The notes under the pieces were generated by a model. That model saw nothing but the letters and a program-made list of their open reading frames with translations, searched no databases and was not told where the DNA came from. A stretch of 61,953 bases of DNA, filler included. It is 9 parts of 9 records of this genome, joined end to end, with 100 filler letters (N's around TTAATTAATTAA, not from the genome) between each part and the next. Parts side by side here need not be neighbours in the genome. Positions count along the whole stretch, not along the records: positions 48,668 to 56,650 come from SRR7504441_1669; positions 56,751 to 61,953 come from SRR7504441_1673; 7 more parts are not named here. The stretch is one strand, 5' to 3'. Position numbers and translations under genes: made by a program. This document shows, piece after piece, positions 50,582 to 61,670 of this stretch (the stretch's first letter is position 1; the number at the start of each line of letters is the position of its first letter).

Positions 50582-52189
50582 ATGCCGCCGCGGGCGCCCA
50601 TGGGGGGCGCCGCCAGTAGCCTGCTGGTGCTCCTGTCGGTGGCCGGGAGCAGCCTGCCGCCTCCGGGCGAGCTGCTCGAGCTGCTCACGGCGCCCGGCTT
50701 CATCGGCCAGACCTACGGCCGCCTGCCGCTGCACGCCAACGGGAGCAACCCTGCCCGGGCGGAGCTCGTGCGGGGGATCTGGGGGCTCCGGCAGGTGGAG
50801 GGCTGGCTGGCGGCCCAGAAGCACCAGTTCGAGCTCGGAGTGGACCTGGATGTGAGCCAGGCCGGCGAGCGGCTGGTGCGGGACGGCCGGCTCAACCCCG
50901 AATGGGACAGCATATGGAACGGCTTCGCTGCCGGGGGCACGCTGATCCTGAACGAGGTCAACCGGCACCCGGCCATCTACGAGCTTGGGACCCGGCTGAA
51001 CAGGGCGCTGGGTGGGGTCGTGGCCAGCGCCAACACGTACGTGAGTCCGCCGGCCGGTCCAGCTGCCGGGGGGGTGGGCGATCCCGGGTTCAACTGGCAT
51101 TTCGACGACTCGGACGTGCTCGTCCTCCAGCACGAGGGGGCCAAGCTCTGGTCGATATGCAACCCGAGTTTCCCGCTGCACAAGTCGGCGGTCGTGCGCG
51201 ATGCTGAGCGAGTGCTGGGGCCAAACCGGCACTGCCGTAACCTCACGCTGGCCGCCGGCGAGTGCTTGTACTTGCCGTTTGGCTCGTTCCACAAAGCCTG
51301 GCCCATGTCGGCCACGGGGCGGGCCGGTGAGTTGGCGAGCGTGCACACCACTGTCGCTCTTAAGCCGCTGGTGAGCTGGCAGTCGATCCTGGAGAAGGTG
51401 CTCACCGAGCTAATCCCAGCCCGATGCCGCGCCGAGGGCCGGTTCGAGGAGTTCATGTACGAGGCGTATAAGTCCGCAGATCCCGAGGCCTCGGCGTGTC
51501 CCCGTTTGCTGCAGGTGCCCGCTGTTCAGCTGGCGGTGGACAACAGTGACCTGCCTGCCGGGGCCTTGGATGAGTTTGCCTCTGAGCTAGCCGGCCAATT
51601 AAGCCGTCTCACCGAGCTGGCCGACCGCTGGGCTGAGGCCACTGGCGGCCGCCGCTTAGAAGGCTGCGCCGGTGAGAGTCTGGTTGCAGTGGTGGCCCAG
51701 AAGGTGAGTGACAAGAAGCGGTGGCGCAGCTTTGCAGCTGGAGTGCTCGACCAGACCAGAATCGAACTCGTGGGCAAGACCCCCCGGCACCCAGTCGCAC
51801 TGCCGCTCTCACACGCCGGCCCGATCCATTTAGGTACAGTCATGCGCCGACCGAGGACTGCACCGGTAGCGCTGTCCCGGATGGAGGGCACCGCTGTGAT
51901 GGCGGTAATGAACACGGGCAAGGCCGTAGATGACCGGGACGTGGCTTCGTTGCGCTGGGCTCTTGGGATGAATGACCCGGCAACCCGCCGTGGCCGGCCA
52001 TTTGCGATCCGTGACATCCCTGTTGCGGATGACAGCGATGCTCGCCGCCTGTCGATCGGTAAGCTGCTTGTCGGCATGGGTGTTGTTGAAATGGTCCAAC
52101 AAGACGCCGATGGCGATGATAATAGCGACGAACGTCAAAATGCTGGTGGCTTGTTTTCTGCGCAACACACAGTGCATGGTGACCTTTGA
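50582..52189 (+). CDS. JmjC/Cupin_4 (ROX-like) 2-oxoglutarate oxygenase with signal peptide
   Basis: ANTYVSP, WHFDDSDVLVLQHEGAKLW, LYLPFGSFH (HxD...H); ends in HGDL; intronless. Confidence 0.88.
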   Translation: MPPRAPMGGAASSLLVLLSVAGSSLPPPGELLELLTAPGFIGQTYGRLPLHANGSNPARAELVRGIWGLRQVEGWLAAQKHQFELGVDLDVSQAGERLVRDGRLNPEWDSIWNGFAAGGTLILNEVNRHPAIYELGTRLNRALGGVVASANTYVSPPAGPAAGGVGDPGFNWHFDDSDVLVLQHEGAKLWSICNPSFPLHKSAVVRDAERVLGPNRHCRNLTLAAGECLYLPFGSFHKAWPMSATGRAGELASVHTTVALKPLVSWQSILEKVLTELIPARCRAEGRFEEFMYEAYKSADPEASACPRLLQVPAVQLAVDNSDLPAGALDEFASELAGQLSRLTELADRWAEATGGRRLEGCAGESLVAVVAQKVSDKKRWRSFAAGVLDQTRIELVGKTPRHPVALPLSHAGPIHLGTVMRRPRTAPVALSRMEGTAVMAVMNTGKAVDDRDVASLRWALGMNDPATRRGRPFAIRDIPVADDSDARRLSIGKLLVGMGVVEMVQQDADGDDNSDERQNAGGLFSAQHTVHGDL

Positions 52190-52309
52190 CAACGGGTATA
52201 GCTGTATACGATAGACGATAGCTATATAACATTAAATGCGCACTATACAGCTGTAGAGCGCTTAAGATGCAACAATGTAATATTCGTCCAATGTAAGGAT
52301 ACATGTAGT

Positions 52310-53966
52310 TCAGGGAGTGGCTTTCTCGTATTCGATCTTGTGGGGCGAGAACGGCGGGGGTGAGCGGGCCTCGGCCGATCGCTCCAGTCGAATATACCAG
52401 CTAAGCAACTTTGGCGAGCTCGGCTCGATTTGGAACAGGAAGTCTTTGCCCTCGAAAGAGAGGAAGTTCTGGCTGAAGTGTGTGATCGGGTCTATGCTCA
52501 GCTGGTACTTGCCCGGAGTCAGCCCGGCGAACCGCATGTTACCGTTCCTAGTGTTAAGCTCAAGCTGCTCGTCTAGCGTCTCACCCGCCAGCCGGCAGCT
52601 CACCTGCCAGCCCCAATCAGCCATCATTATCATTATTAGCGGCACCCACCACTGGGACGGGCTTATGAGTCTCCTGTTCGTCCAAAAACCAGAACTGCAC
52701 AGTGTGGATCGTCTGCAGCTCTGCCCCGGCCACCTCCACCTCCAGCCCGAACGACTCGCCATCCGCCGCCAACACCCCCCCGAACTGGATCTGCCCGTCC
52801 CCGTCGGGCGACAGGATTGCCCACAAGTCGTCCGAGCCTGCCAGCGCTGCGAGCGAGTACTTGCCTTCCCATCTGCCCTCTATGATCTGCTCCGGGTCCG
52901 TAGGGTCCACAGAGTGCTCGAGCATCGCGAACCGGCCGTTTGGCCGCATGGCCAGCCGGGAGTGATAGTAGTCTGCAGACCCCGGCGCCGCGCCCTGACT
53001 GCTCAAGTCCAAGTCGACCAGTGCAACCATCAGCTCGCCGTCAGCCCTCGGCCCAGTATCCGCAACCAGCTCCGCCCCGTCCGACAGCCCCTCGAGCGTC
53101 TCGACCGGCGCCCCGCTGGCCAGCTCGACCAGTCGGCTCACCGGCGACTGCAGCCGCTCGGTCGCACTCGCGAGCAGCTCCACCAAGCTCGAAGCCTCTA
53201 TCTGCACTCCAGGGCTCGCGTCGTCCGGGCGGACCGTCACGAGCACGCGCTCGGGCCGCGGCTCGGACCGCTCGTTTGGGCCGCCCCAGGCTGCGAGGGG
53301 GCGCTGCTTGGCAGGCGGGCCTGTGCGCTTAGAGAGTTGTGGGATCCCGTAGCGAAGCCCTCCCCGGCGCGGCTGGTTCCGGCGCGGCTTGAGCAGCTCG
53401 GTGGGCGGGACCACCACCAGCTCCAACGGAAGCGGCGGAGCGTCGGCGTTCCCGCACTGGGAGAGCCGCTGGAGCTGGGCCATGCTGCTCACGTTGAGCC
53501 CACTCGTGGTGTACAGCCGACCGCCGGTCTTCGGCAGACCGAAATGCCGGCAGCTGGCGTGCAGCAGCCGTCCGACTGACTCTATTCCGTGCACCACCAT
53601 CGGGACCCGGCTCTGCCCGCCGTCGTTAGGGTAGACCGCCGCCGCAACCGCCGGCTTGCGCTCCTGTTGGATCAGCCCCAGCGCCACCGGCCCCGGCCCG
53701 CGGCGCTCGCGCAGCCCGGACGGGTCATCGGCGGTGAGCACGCGGAACTGGTACATCGGGGTGGAGGTGAGCTCGAGCGAGCTGGCGGCGCCGGTCCATC
53801 CAGCGGTCGGGTCTGATTTGGCAGGCGGACGCAGGTTTAACCCGCGGAGCAGCGCGGCGGCCGATCCAGCCGGCGAGCCAGGGGGCTGGGCCTGCAGCTC
53901 CTCGAGTGCCTCGGCCAGCTCCGGCTCGATGTCCAGCAGTGCAGCCTTGCCCGGCCGAGCCGCCAT
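52310..53966 (-). CDS. Unknown protein with two DCX/KHA-like beta-grasp segments
   Basis: RLYTTSG and SSLVELLASATERL...LSDGAELV patterns; one intron near 52600. Confidence 0.5.
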
Positions 53967-54028
53967 CCCCTGCTTGGCCAAGGCCAAGGCGCTCCTGCAG
54001 TGGCCGCAACTGCTTCAGTTCGAGTGCT

Positions 54029-56641
54029 ATGGCCGACCTGAGGGTAGCTCTACCCTCCTGGGCTGGCAGGCCGAGGCCTCTGGCGCAGGCGGTGCTGGCC
54101 GATCCGCTCGGTCGAGAGCTGCTCCGCTCGTTCTGCTCGTCCGAGCGGTGCCCGGAGGTGGCCCAGCCGCCCGAGCCGGCGGCGAGCCTCGGGGGGCAGT
54201 GGCTCGGGTTCTGGCTGGCGACGCAGGACTACGAGTGCCCGCCTGGCCGGCTGGGCTGCTCAGGCTGGGCCAGGCAGCTGCACCGGGCGGGCGGTGGCCG
54301 GGACGAGCAGATGGTCGATCGCGCCGCCCGCGGGGCCCGAGCCGCGCTGGCAGGTCCAGATGGCCACCGAGCTCGCGGACCAGCTGTTGCCGTTGGTCTC
54401 CCCGGAGCTGGCCGCGGGGGTGGCGCCCGGGCCGGGTGGTCCGTCAGTCTGGGCAGGTGAGGGAGCGGGCCGCAGAGGCCCCAGCTGACCTTTTCGGGGA
54501 GGCGGCGGACGAGGTGGCACGCGCGCTGTGCCCTCGGACGGTGCGCAGGTGTTGGCGGTGCTGCGGCTTGACGTGTGGCCGCGGTTCATCGAGTCCGACT
54601 TCGCGATTGCGCTCTCTTCGTTCACGCTAGTGGACTTGTTTGCCAACATGGAGAACATACCGGTTGCCGCCGTTCGTGACCAGCGTGAGTGCCGCCTGCA
54701 GGTGTTTTGCATGTTTGGCGAGACCGCCGGGCTGATGCTCCGGGATGACTGCGAGTTCATCGTAGCTGTGCACGACTTGCAGTTCCGAGAGAGGCCCGAG
54801 CGGCAGGCATCGCTTGATCAGCGAGTGGCGGCCGATCACCGGTGTGCAGGCCGAGGCGATTCAAGCCGCCTACTTTGGGCCGGAGGCTGGTAAGCAGTTT
54901 GAGTTCCCACCGGCCGGGCCTGTGGCGGCGACCGTTGCGGCGCTGGTCGAGGCGCAGCGCGAGGTGGGGCCTGCCGAACGCCAGTGCTAAGTTGGGCTAG
55001 GTGATGGGAGCGGTGTGCTCGCACCCGGTGTTTGGGCAGTTCGTCCAACGTCACTCGAGCGTGATCGTCACTGAAGTGCTCAAAGAGCACGCGATGCGCC
55101 GGCTGTGCTCGATCCGAGATACGATGGTGCCGAACCTGAGTCAGATCGTTGAGCAGCCGCGCAGGTGTGCAAGATCGGCCGGCTCAAGGCCCAGCTCTCT
55201 AGCCCGACCCCGCTATCACCGCTGGAGCAAGACGGATGCGCTATGATCCCGGCGCCCCAATCGATGCTGCACAGGACGGAATGGATGCGGTGAGATGCCA
55301 GCGGCCTGCCCGGCTGAGTGCGCGCAGGATGAGATCCGAGATGGCGAGGGTCGAGCGGCTCACGGATTTCATCAAAAAGAAGCCTGAAGAACTCGCGCCT
55401 GGAAGCGGCCGGCTGAGTGTCGGGGAGGGCTCCGGGGGGCAGCCGACACAGACCGGGTTTTTTATCAACTTGGAGTGGGACTCGAATCTGCGGTCGTTTG
55501 ATACAGAGATCTGCAGGCTGCAGAGCGAGCTGCTGGGCCAGATGCAGGTGGGTGGCTCTTAGGCGGGTGATGAGCCCAAGCTCAGGGCTCAATCCAACAC
55601 ATGTCGGTACAACGGTCCAAGATCAAGGAGCTCGAAATGCTCCAGAATAAACTGATTGGCACCGAAGGCTGGAGCCCGAGGACGTCACTTGACACGATGC
55701 GGTGGGTTGTGGCTGAGAATGCCCGACTCAGGCTGGTTGTGGCTGAGAATGTCTGGTTGCAGCAAGAGCTCCGAAACTGAGAGCATCGCCGCATTCGCAC
55801 AGCAGTTTGCAGCCGGCCGGCACAAGGCGGAGGACGTGCGCCGGTTCATCCTCACGGTGGCCAAGAGTGTGGTCAGAAAGCAGAGCAAAGACAGCCAGCA
55901 GTCGCAAAGCCTGCCTGGGCTGGAAGCTGTCCAGGTTGCAGTGGAGTCGGCTCTGCTTCCTAGAATATACAAGAAGGCAATGGGATTGATAGAGAATCCC
56001 GAGGACGACAGGGAATTGTATAGCAAGTTTCAGTCGCTCAGTTGGGTGACTCAAGATAGCTTCGACATCAAGCCCGAGCTCAAAGACCGCGGGGTGCACA
56101 CTGCTAAGAGCCAACCAGGCTAAGCTCGGGGGCTAGGTGGTGCCGTACTACATGGCTATTGCCCGGTTGAGAGGGATCAACTACTGCACTACGCCCGTGC
56201 GCAAGCTGTACACAATATGCGACGCGGCCAAAGCCATTTACGACAACATGTATGATCTGGCACCGATGCTCGGCGCCGTTGGGGCAGAGGATTTCTTTGA
56301 AATTTGGAATTACGTAGTACTCAAGGTCCTAGAGGACCAGGCGGTGCCTGAGAGAGTTGCCGGCAGGCGAGTATACAGAACTTGGCATCCAACATTAGAT
56401 TCATCGAAGCTTTTGCGGACCCTAACATGCTTTCCTCGTCCAAGCTGGCCTATTACTTTGCCTCGCTATGCGCAGCCACAGAGTTTATCCGCACGCTCAC
56501 TCAGGCATGCAGCGCTTTAATAATGCGATGGTAATGGTGAGGTTGCAGGGCGCTCTAAAGGATTGCACACTCTTTGTCGAGCATAGACGCTCACGATACA
56601 GCGTGGATGTGCGAGATGTGCGGCTCTCGACGGCTGTTTAA
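54029..56641 (+). CDS. RGS-domain + VPS9-domain protein (many introns)
   Basis: LADPLGRELLRSF..SERCPE.WLGFW and DVWPRFIES (RGS); TPVRKL, GAEDFF..WNYVVLK and AYYFASL.AA.EFI (VPS9). Confidence 0.8.
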
Positions 56642-56783
56642 CTTATGTTTNNNNNNNNNNNNNNNNNNNNNNNNNNNNNNNNNNNNNNNNNNNNTTAATT
56701 AATTAANNNNNNNNNNNNNNNNNNNNNNNNNNNNNNNNNNNNNNNNNNNNGCGCGCGCCTCCGGAGCGCGAGATTCCAGGCAG

Positions 56784-57896
56784 ATGGGCAGGGTGGTGGG
56801 GCTGCTCATCTCGGAGCGGTACAGCCAGCTGTACAGGGACGAGCTGTCCGAGCTCCAGCGGCAGCTGCTCCCGGGCGCCGAGCTCCGGCTGGTGCTGCTC
56901 CCGACCCAGCCGTCCACCGGCGAGACCCCGGTGCTCGGGCCGGACCAGGAATTCACACTCGGCAGGGCCGCAGCGCTCCCGGCGGGCCAGCTGGAGGCGA
57001 TCGACTGCGCGTACGCCTCAGAGGACCTGCAGTTCGCCTGGAGCAACATGCTCGCGTTTTTCGCCGTCTGCCGGGAGGCGCCAAACCTGCGCTGGCTGCA
57101 GATTAGCTGGGTGGGTATCGACTTCCCGATGTTCCAGGCGGTCACCCCCAAGCGGCTGCTGACCATCACCAACGCCGCCGGGACCAACGCGATGCCAGTG
57201 GCCACCTCGGTCCTGGCGGCGTTGCTGTCTCTCCACCGCGGGCTGCATCACTGGCTGCGCGCGCAGCACGAAGGCAAATGGCTGGACAGGGAGACCCTGC
57301 CCGCCCGGAGAGACCTTGCCGGCCAGCGTGCGCTCGTGTGTGGTTTCGGGGCGATCGGGCAGCAGGTCGGGCGGGTGCTCCGGCGGAACGGGCTCCGGGT
57401 GGTTGGGGTCAAGCGGACAGCACGAGGAGTGGATGCAGAAGTGGCGGACGAGGTGGTGGCTGCAGACCAGCTCGAGCGGCAGGTGGGGCTGGCAGACTAT
57501 GTGGTAATATGCGCCCCGCTGACCGATGCCACGCGCGGGTTGTTCGATGCAAAGATGCTCGCAAGGATGAAGTCGACTGCGTGTTTGCTCAATGTGGGCC
57601 GAGGTCCGATTGTGGATGAGCTGGCGCTTGCTGAGGCGCTACAGACCGGCCGGCTCGCCGGGGCGTATCTGGATGTTTTCAGTAAGGAGCCGCTGCCGCG
57701 GGAGAGTCCGTTGTGGAGCCTGCCGAATGTGATCCTCTCTCCTCACGACAGCGCGAGTTGTGTTGATAATGCAGGCCGAGTTCAGGCGATCTTCATCGAA
57801 AACCTGAGCCGATTCGGACGCAACCAGGACGCGAGGCAGCTCTCGAATGTTGTCTGGCAAAGCAAGGACCTTGCTGCCACGAGTAGCAACTTGTGA
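56784..57896 (+). CDS. D-2-hydroxyacid dehydrogenase (GhrA/Ddh-like)
   Basis: GFGAIG, LNVGRG, LDVFSKEPL, SPHDS; intronless. Confidence 0.92.
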   Translation: MGRVVGLLISERYSQLYRDELSELQRQLLPGAELRLVLLPTQPSTGETPVLGPDQEFTLGRAAALPAGQLEAIDCAYASEDLQFAWSNMLAFFAVCREAPNLRWLQISWVGIDFPMFQAVTPKRLLTITNAAGTNAMPVATSVLAALLSLHRGLHHWLRAQHEGKWLDRETLPARRDLAGQRALVCGFGAIGQQVGRVLRRNGLRVVGVKRTARGVDAEVADEVVAADQLERQVGLADYVVICAPLTDATRGLFDAKMLARMKSTACLLNVGRGPIVDELALAEALQTGRLAGAYLDVFSKEPLPRESPLWSLPNVILSPHDSASCVDNAGRVQAIFIENLSRFGRNQDARQLSNVVWQSKDLAATSSNL

Positions 57897-58039
57897 AACG
57901 TGGGACATTGTATTGTGCTACTATACGGCAGCAAAGCTGACGCTGACGAGTGGAACCTCGCGCGTTATTAATTAACTTAATGTATGTGAATCCTTTATCA
58001 TAATTTCTGTGCGTGACATGTACATCTATATTTCTTTGG

Positions 58040-59404
58040 CTAGTGCATCATTTTCTTGCAGAGTTGCTTGATCTCAATCGACTCGCCCCCCCCCGCCAAC
58101 AACACAAATTGGTCTAATTCAGCCCTCGACAGCGGCGCCGCCCCCAGCGAGCCCAGCCCATACCGCAGGCCCTCCACGTTCACCCGGCCGAATCCTTCCA
58201 GGTCGAACGCCGCCAGTGCGGCCTTGAGTTCCTCACTCGAGTCTTGCTGCAGCCTGCCATCCACCAGAAAGCTCCGCCAGGACTCCTGCAGCACGCTGCT
58301 CGCTGCGTTCAGGTACTGCGACAACTCCGGGTCGAGCCCCGCCGCCAGTGACACGCTGTCGCCGCCCACCAGTGTGGGCGCCGAGAGCTGGCTGGCCTCT
58401 TCTTGCTCAAGCGCGTGGCTCGGGAGCCTGAGCAGCTCCAGAGGGACTAATTGGGCCAACTGCTCGAGCGAGGTGACAAACTGCACCTTGTGGGCAAACC
58501 CTTCGCTGATGAAGGGCGAGAAGAACCTGGCGGCGATCTTGCAGCTGTGCGATGGGTGAATGATCAGCAGAGAGTGCAGGTTGCGCTCGTATTTTGAATC
58601 TATATTCTTCTCATAGAGCTCGAGCGCGGCGTACATGGCGCTGTAGTCCGGAGCCGCGGCACTGTCTGGCGGCTGGAAGAGCACCACTGTGTACGGGCTG
58701 CTGGCCAGCTTGTCGAGCTCGCAGACGAGATGCATGAGCAGCGCCTCAAGATCTACCAGCGCGTCGGACATCTTTTCCCCATCCAGCTGCACCAGCGCCA
58801 CCCCCTGCTCGTCCTGCCCGCAGTGCCGCACCGCGTGAATCATATCATGCCGGTTGACGCACCGCTGGGCCCGGGCCACAAACTCGGCGTAAGTCTCCTT
58901 TTTGAACCCAGCCCCACTCCGCTTGCCGATCCTCAGGCCGCGGACAGCCGCCTCCACCCGCCCGACGTCCAGCCCGTGCTGCCCGGGCTCGTCTATCGGC
59001 TGGTCCGGCTCGGCGTCCTGCAGCGTACGGACTGCCTGCAAATACTCGGCATTGTGCGGCTGGGCACTCCAGCTCTCGAAATCGGCGTCGGGCGGCGGCG
59101 GGAGCAGCCCCTTCCCCATCCGCTCCAGGGCGTCGCTCCAGCTCTTCGCCCGCCGGGCCGCCTGGCTCTTGCTCTGCTCGGCGCTCTGCCGGACTTGTGC
59201 TACCAGCTCGCTCTCCCGGGCGTCGAGCAGTCGCCGGATGTCTTGGAATGCCGCCCGCACGCCGTCCTCCGGGGCCAGGCGGTCGGCTGGCGGGGCCTGG
59301 GCCAGACGGCGGATCGCCACCTGGATCGGGAGCTTCTTGGCCAGCACGTGCTTCTGGGCCGCCTGGACCCCGGGCCAGCCCGTCGGGAACATCGGATTGG
59401 ACAT
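58040..59404 (-). CDS. Coiled-coil + CRAL-TRIO/BCH + EF-hand protein
   Basis: GQDEQG...YTVV...[15 protein letters not shown]...PFIS..FAHKV; C-terminal [11 protein letters not shown]-like loop. Confidence 0.8.
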   Translation of the reverse strand: MSNPMFPTGWPGVQAAQKHVLAKKLPIQVAIRRLAQAPPADRLAPEDGVRAAFQDIRRLLDARESELVAQVRQSAEQSKSQAARRAKSWSDALERMGKGLLPPPPDADFESWSAQPHNAEYLQAVRTLQDAEPDQPIDEPGQHGLDVGRVEAAVRGLRIGKRSGAGFKKETYAEFVARAQRCVNRHDMIHAVRHCGQDEQGVALVQLDGEKMSDALVDLEALLMHLVCELDKLASSPYTVVLFQPPDSAAAPDYSAMYAALELYEKNIDSKYERNLHSLLIIHPSHSCKIAARFFSPFISEGFAHKVQFVTSLEQLAQLVPLELLRLPSHALEQEEASQLSAPTLVGGDSVSLAAGLDPELSQYLNAASSVLQESWRSFLVDGRLQQDSSEELKAALAAFDLEGFGRVNVEGLRYGLGSLGAAPLSRAELDQFVLLAGGGESIEIKQLCKKMMH

Positions 59405-59468
59405 TATTGCTCAACAACGGTCGATTCGTTGTGGCTGTCAGCCCGCCGAAGGTACTCGCGCACCGAGG

Positions 59469-61670
59469 ATGGGCCGCTCTCGGAGCCCGTTGCACCGTCG
59501 GCCAGGGGGCTACGACCGGCACGATGACCGGGATCGAGACCGGCGGGACGACCGGGACCGCGACCGCCGGGACGACCGCGACCGACGGGACGACCGGGAC
59601 CGGGATCGGCGGGACGACCGGCGGGACGACCGGGACCGGGATCGGCGGGAGCTGCGCGATTACAGGGACCGGCGGGACGACAAACGAGGCGACCGGAGGG
59701 ACGACCGACGCGACCGACGGGACGACCGGGACCGCTCGCCCAAGGAACGTCCCAAGCCGAAGGCGCCACCAAAGCCGAAGGAGCCGAGCAGCAGCTCGGT
59801 GTCATCGGACTCCGAGGAGGCGGCAGACCCGTGCAGAGTGTCGGCCAAACGCTTCAAGGCGGTGATGAAGAAGAAGGACCAGAAGGAGGAGGCGATGGCC
59901 ACGTTCGGGGACGTGCACTGGTCAGACAAGGAGCTCAAAAAGATGACTGACCGCGACTGGCGTATATTCAAGGAAGATCACAAGATCGCCACCAAGGGCG
60001 GCCGGACTGTGCTCCCGATGCGGAGCTGGGCCGAGTCAGGGCTGCCCGCCGACCTGCTCAAGGCGGTGGATGCAGCCGGGTACACCAAGCCTTCCCCGAT
60101 TCAGATGCAGTGCATACCGATCGGACTGAAAGACCGCGACTGCGTCGGTCTGGCAGAGACTGGCTCGGGTAAGACCGTGGCCTACCTGTTCCCGATGCTG
60201 GTCTATATCCTCAAGCTGCCCAAGATGGACTTCACCAATAAGGAAGACGGCCCGTACTCTCTCGTGCTGGTGCGACATGCCTGGGCCCGATCACACTGTG
60301 GCAGGCGCCCACTCGGGAGCTGGTGCAGCAGATCGAGGACGAGTGCGCCAAGTTCTGCCGCTACATGGACATCAGGACGTTTTCGATCGTGGGCGGGATC
60401 TCGATCGAAGATCAGGCATCGCGTGCCGGTCTGCTCCAGGTGAGTGAGGGGTCAGGGGTTCATGATGAACCAGGGCGTTGAGATTCTGATCGCCACGCCC
60501 GGCCGTCTCAAGGATTGCATCGAGCGCCGGTGCAGCCCGCCAGCGGGTGCGGTGCGGAGGACTGTGGGCAGATACTGTGTGCTGAACCAATGCAACTACA
60601 TTGTGCTGGATGAATGCGATAGAATGGTGAGCGTGCCGGCTCGGACCGGCTGACACGGCGGCGCAGATCGATCTCAACTTTGAAGCGGATTTGAATTTTA
60701 TATTGGAAAAAATGCCGTCCACCAGTCTCAAGCCGGAGGACGAGGATACGGTGCTGACAGAGGGGATGGTGCCTCACGAGGCGGGGCCGGGCTTATTGTG
60801 TAAGCACAGGTGTACCGACAGACGTTCATGTTCTCAGCGACGATGCCGCCTGCGGTGGAGAAAATTGCTCACAAGTATCTGAGGCGGGCGTCGATTGTTT
60901 TGATCGGAGATGTGGGGCAAGCTGTGGATCGCATCACTCAGAGTGTGATGATGGTCTCAGAGGAGCAGAAGCCAGCAAAACTGCGCGAGCTTTGCTCTCA
61001 GTACGACGCACCGATTATCGTCTTTGTGAACCGGAGGGATAATTGCGACCAGATCGGCCGAATGCTTGAGGGGGAGGGATACTCTGTGGTGGTGCTGCAC
61101 GGGGGTAAGTCGCAGGATACTCGCGACCGCAACCTCCAGAGTTTCAAAGAGAAGAAAGTGGAGATCCTGGTAGCGTCGGACCTTGCGGCCCGCGGACTTG
61201 ACGTCTCAGGGGTGACCTTGGTAGTGAACTACAACATGCCAAAGACGATAGAAGAGTACACGCACCGTATCGGGCGGACGGGCCGGGCGGGGCTTGAAGG
61301 CAATTCATGCTCGCTGGTGACCGACAAGGACACCCACATTATATATGATTTGAAGCAGCAATTGGAAAAATGCAAACAGATTGTACCAAACGAACTTGCG
61401 CGCCACGAGGCAGCTCAGTTCAAGCCGGGCGACCCCAATGCCAGGAAGCGTGGCCCAGAGGTGCAGTTCGCACCTGGTTGCGACGATGGCAAAGGCAAGG
61501 GCAAGGGCAAGGGTAAGGGCAAGGGTGGCGATGGCAAGGGTGGCGACGGCAAGGGTGGCGACGGCAAGGGCGGCTATGGTGAATATGGTGGCAAAGGCCA
61601 GGTGCAATATGGTGGCAAAGGTGACCGACATCAAATAGATACTGGCACAAATGATTTGTCTGATGAGTAG
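59469..61670 (+). CDS. DDX23: DEAD-box helicase DDX23/Prp28-like (about 5 introns)
   Basis: RD-repeat N-terminus; [41 protein letters not shown]. Confidence 0.9.

Noticed and set aside
59510-59735. Short tandem repeats resembling a CRISPR or satellite array
   Set aside because: They encode the RD/RDDR low-complexity N-terminus of DDX23; there are no unique spacers.
2989-60455. Introner-like mobile introns
   Set aside because: Introns share length but show no sequence identity, terminal inverted repeats or consistent target duplications that I could see.
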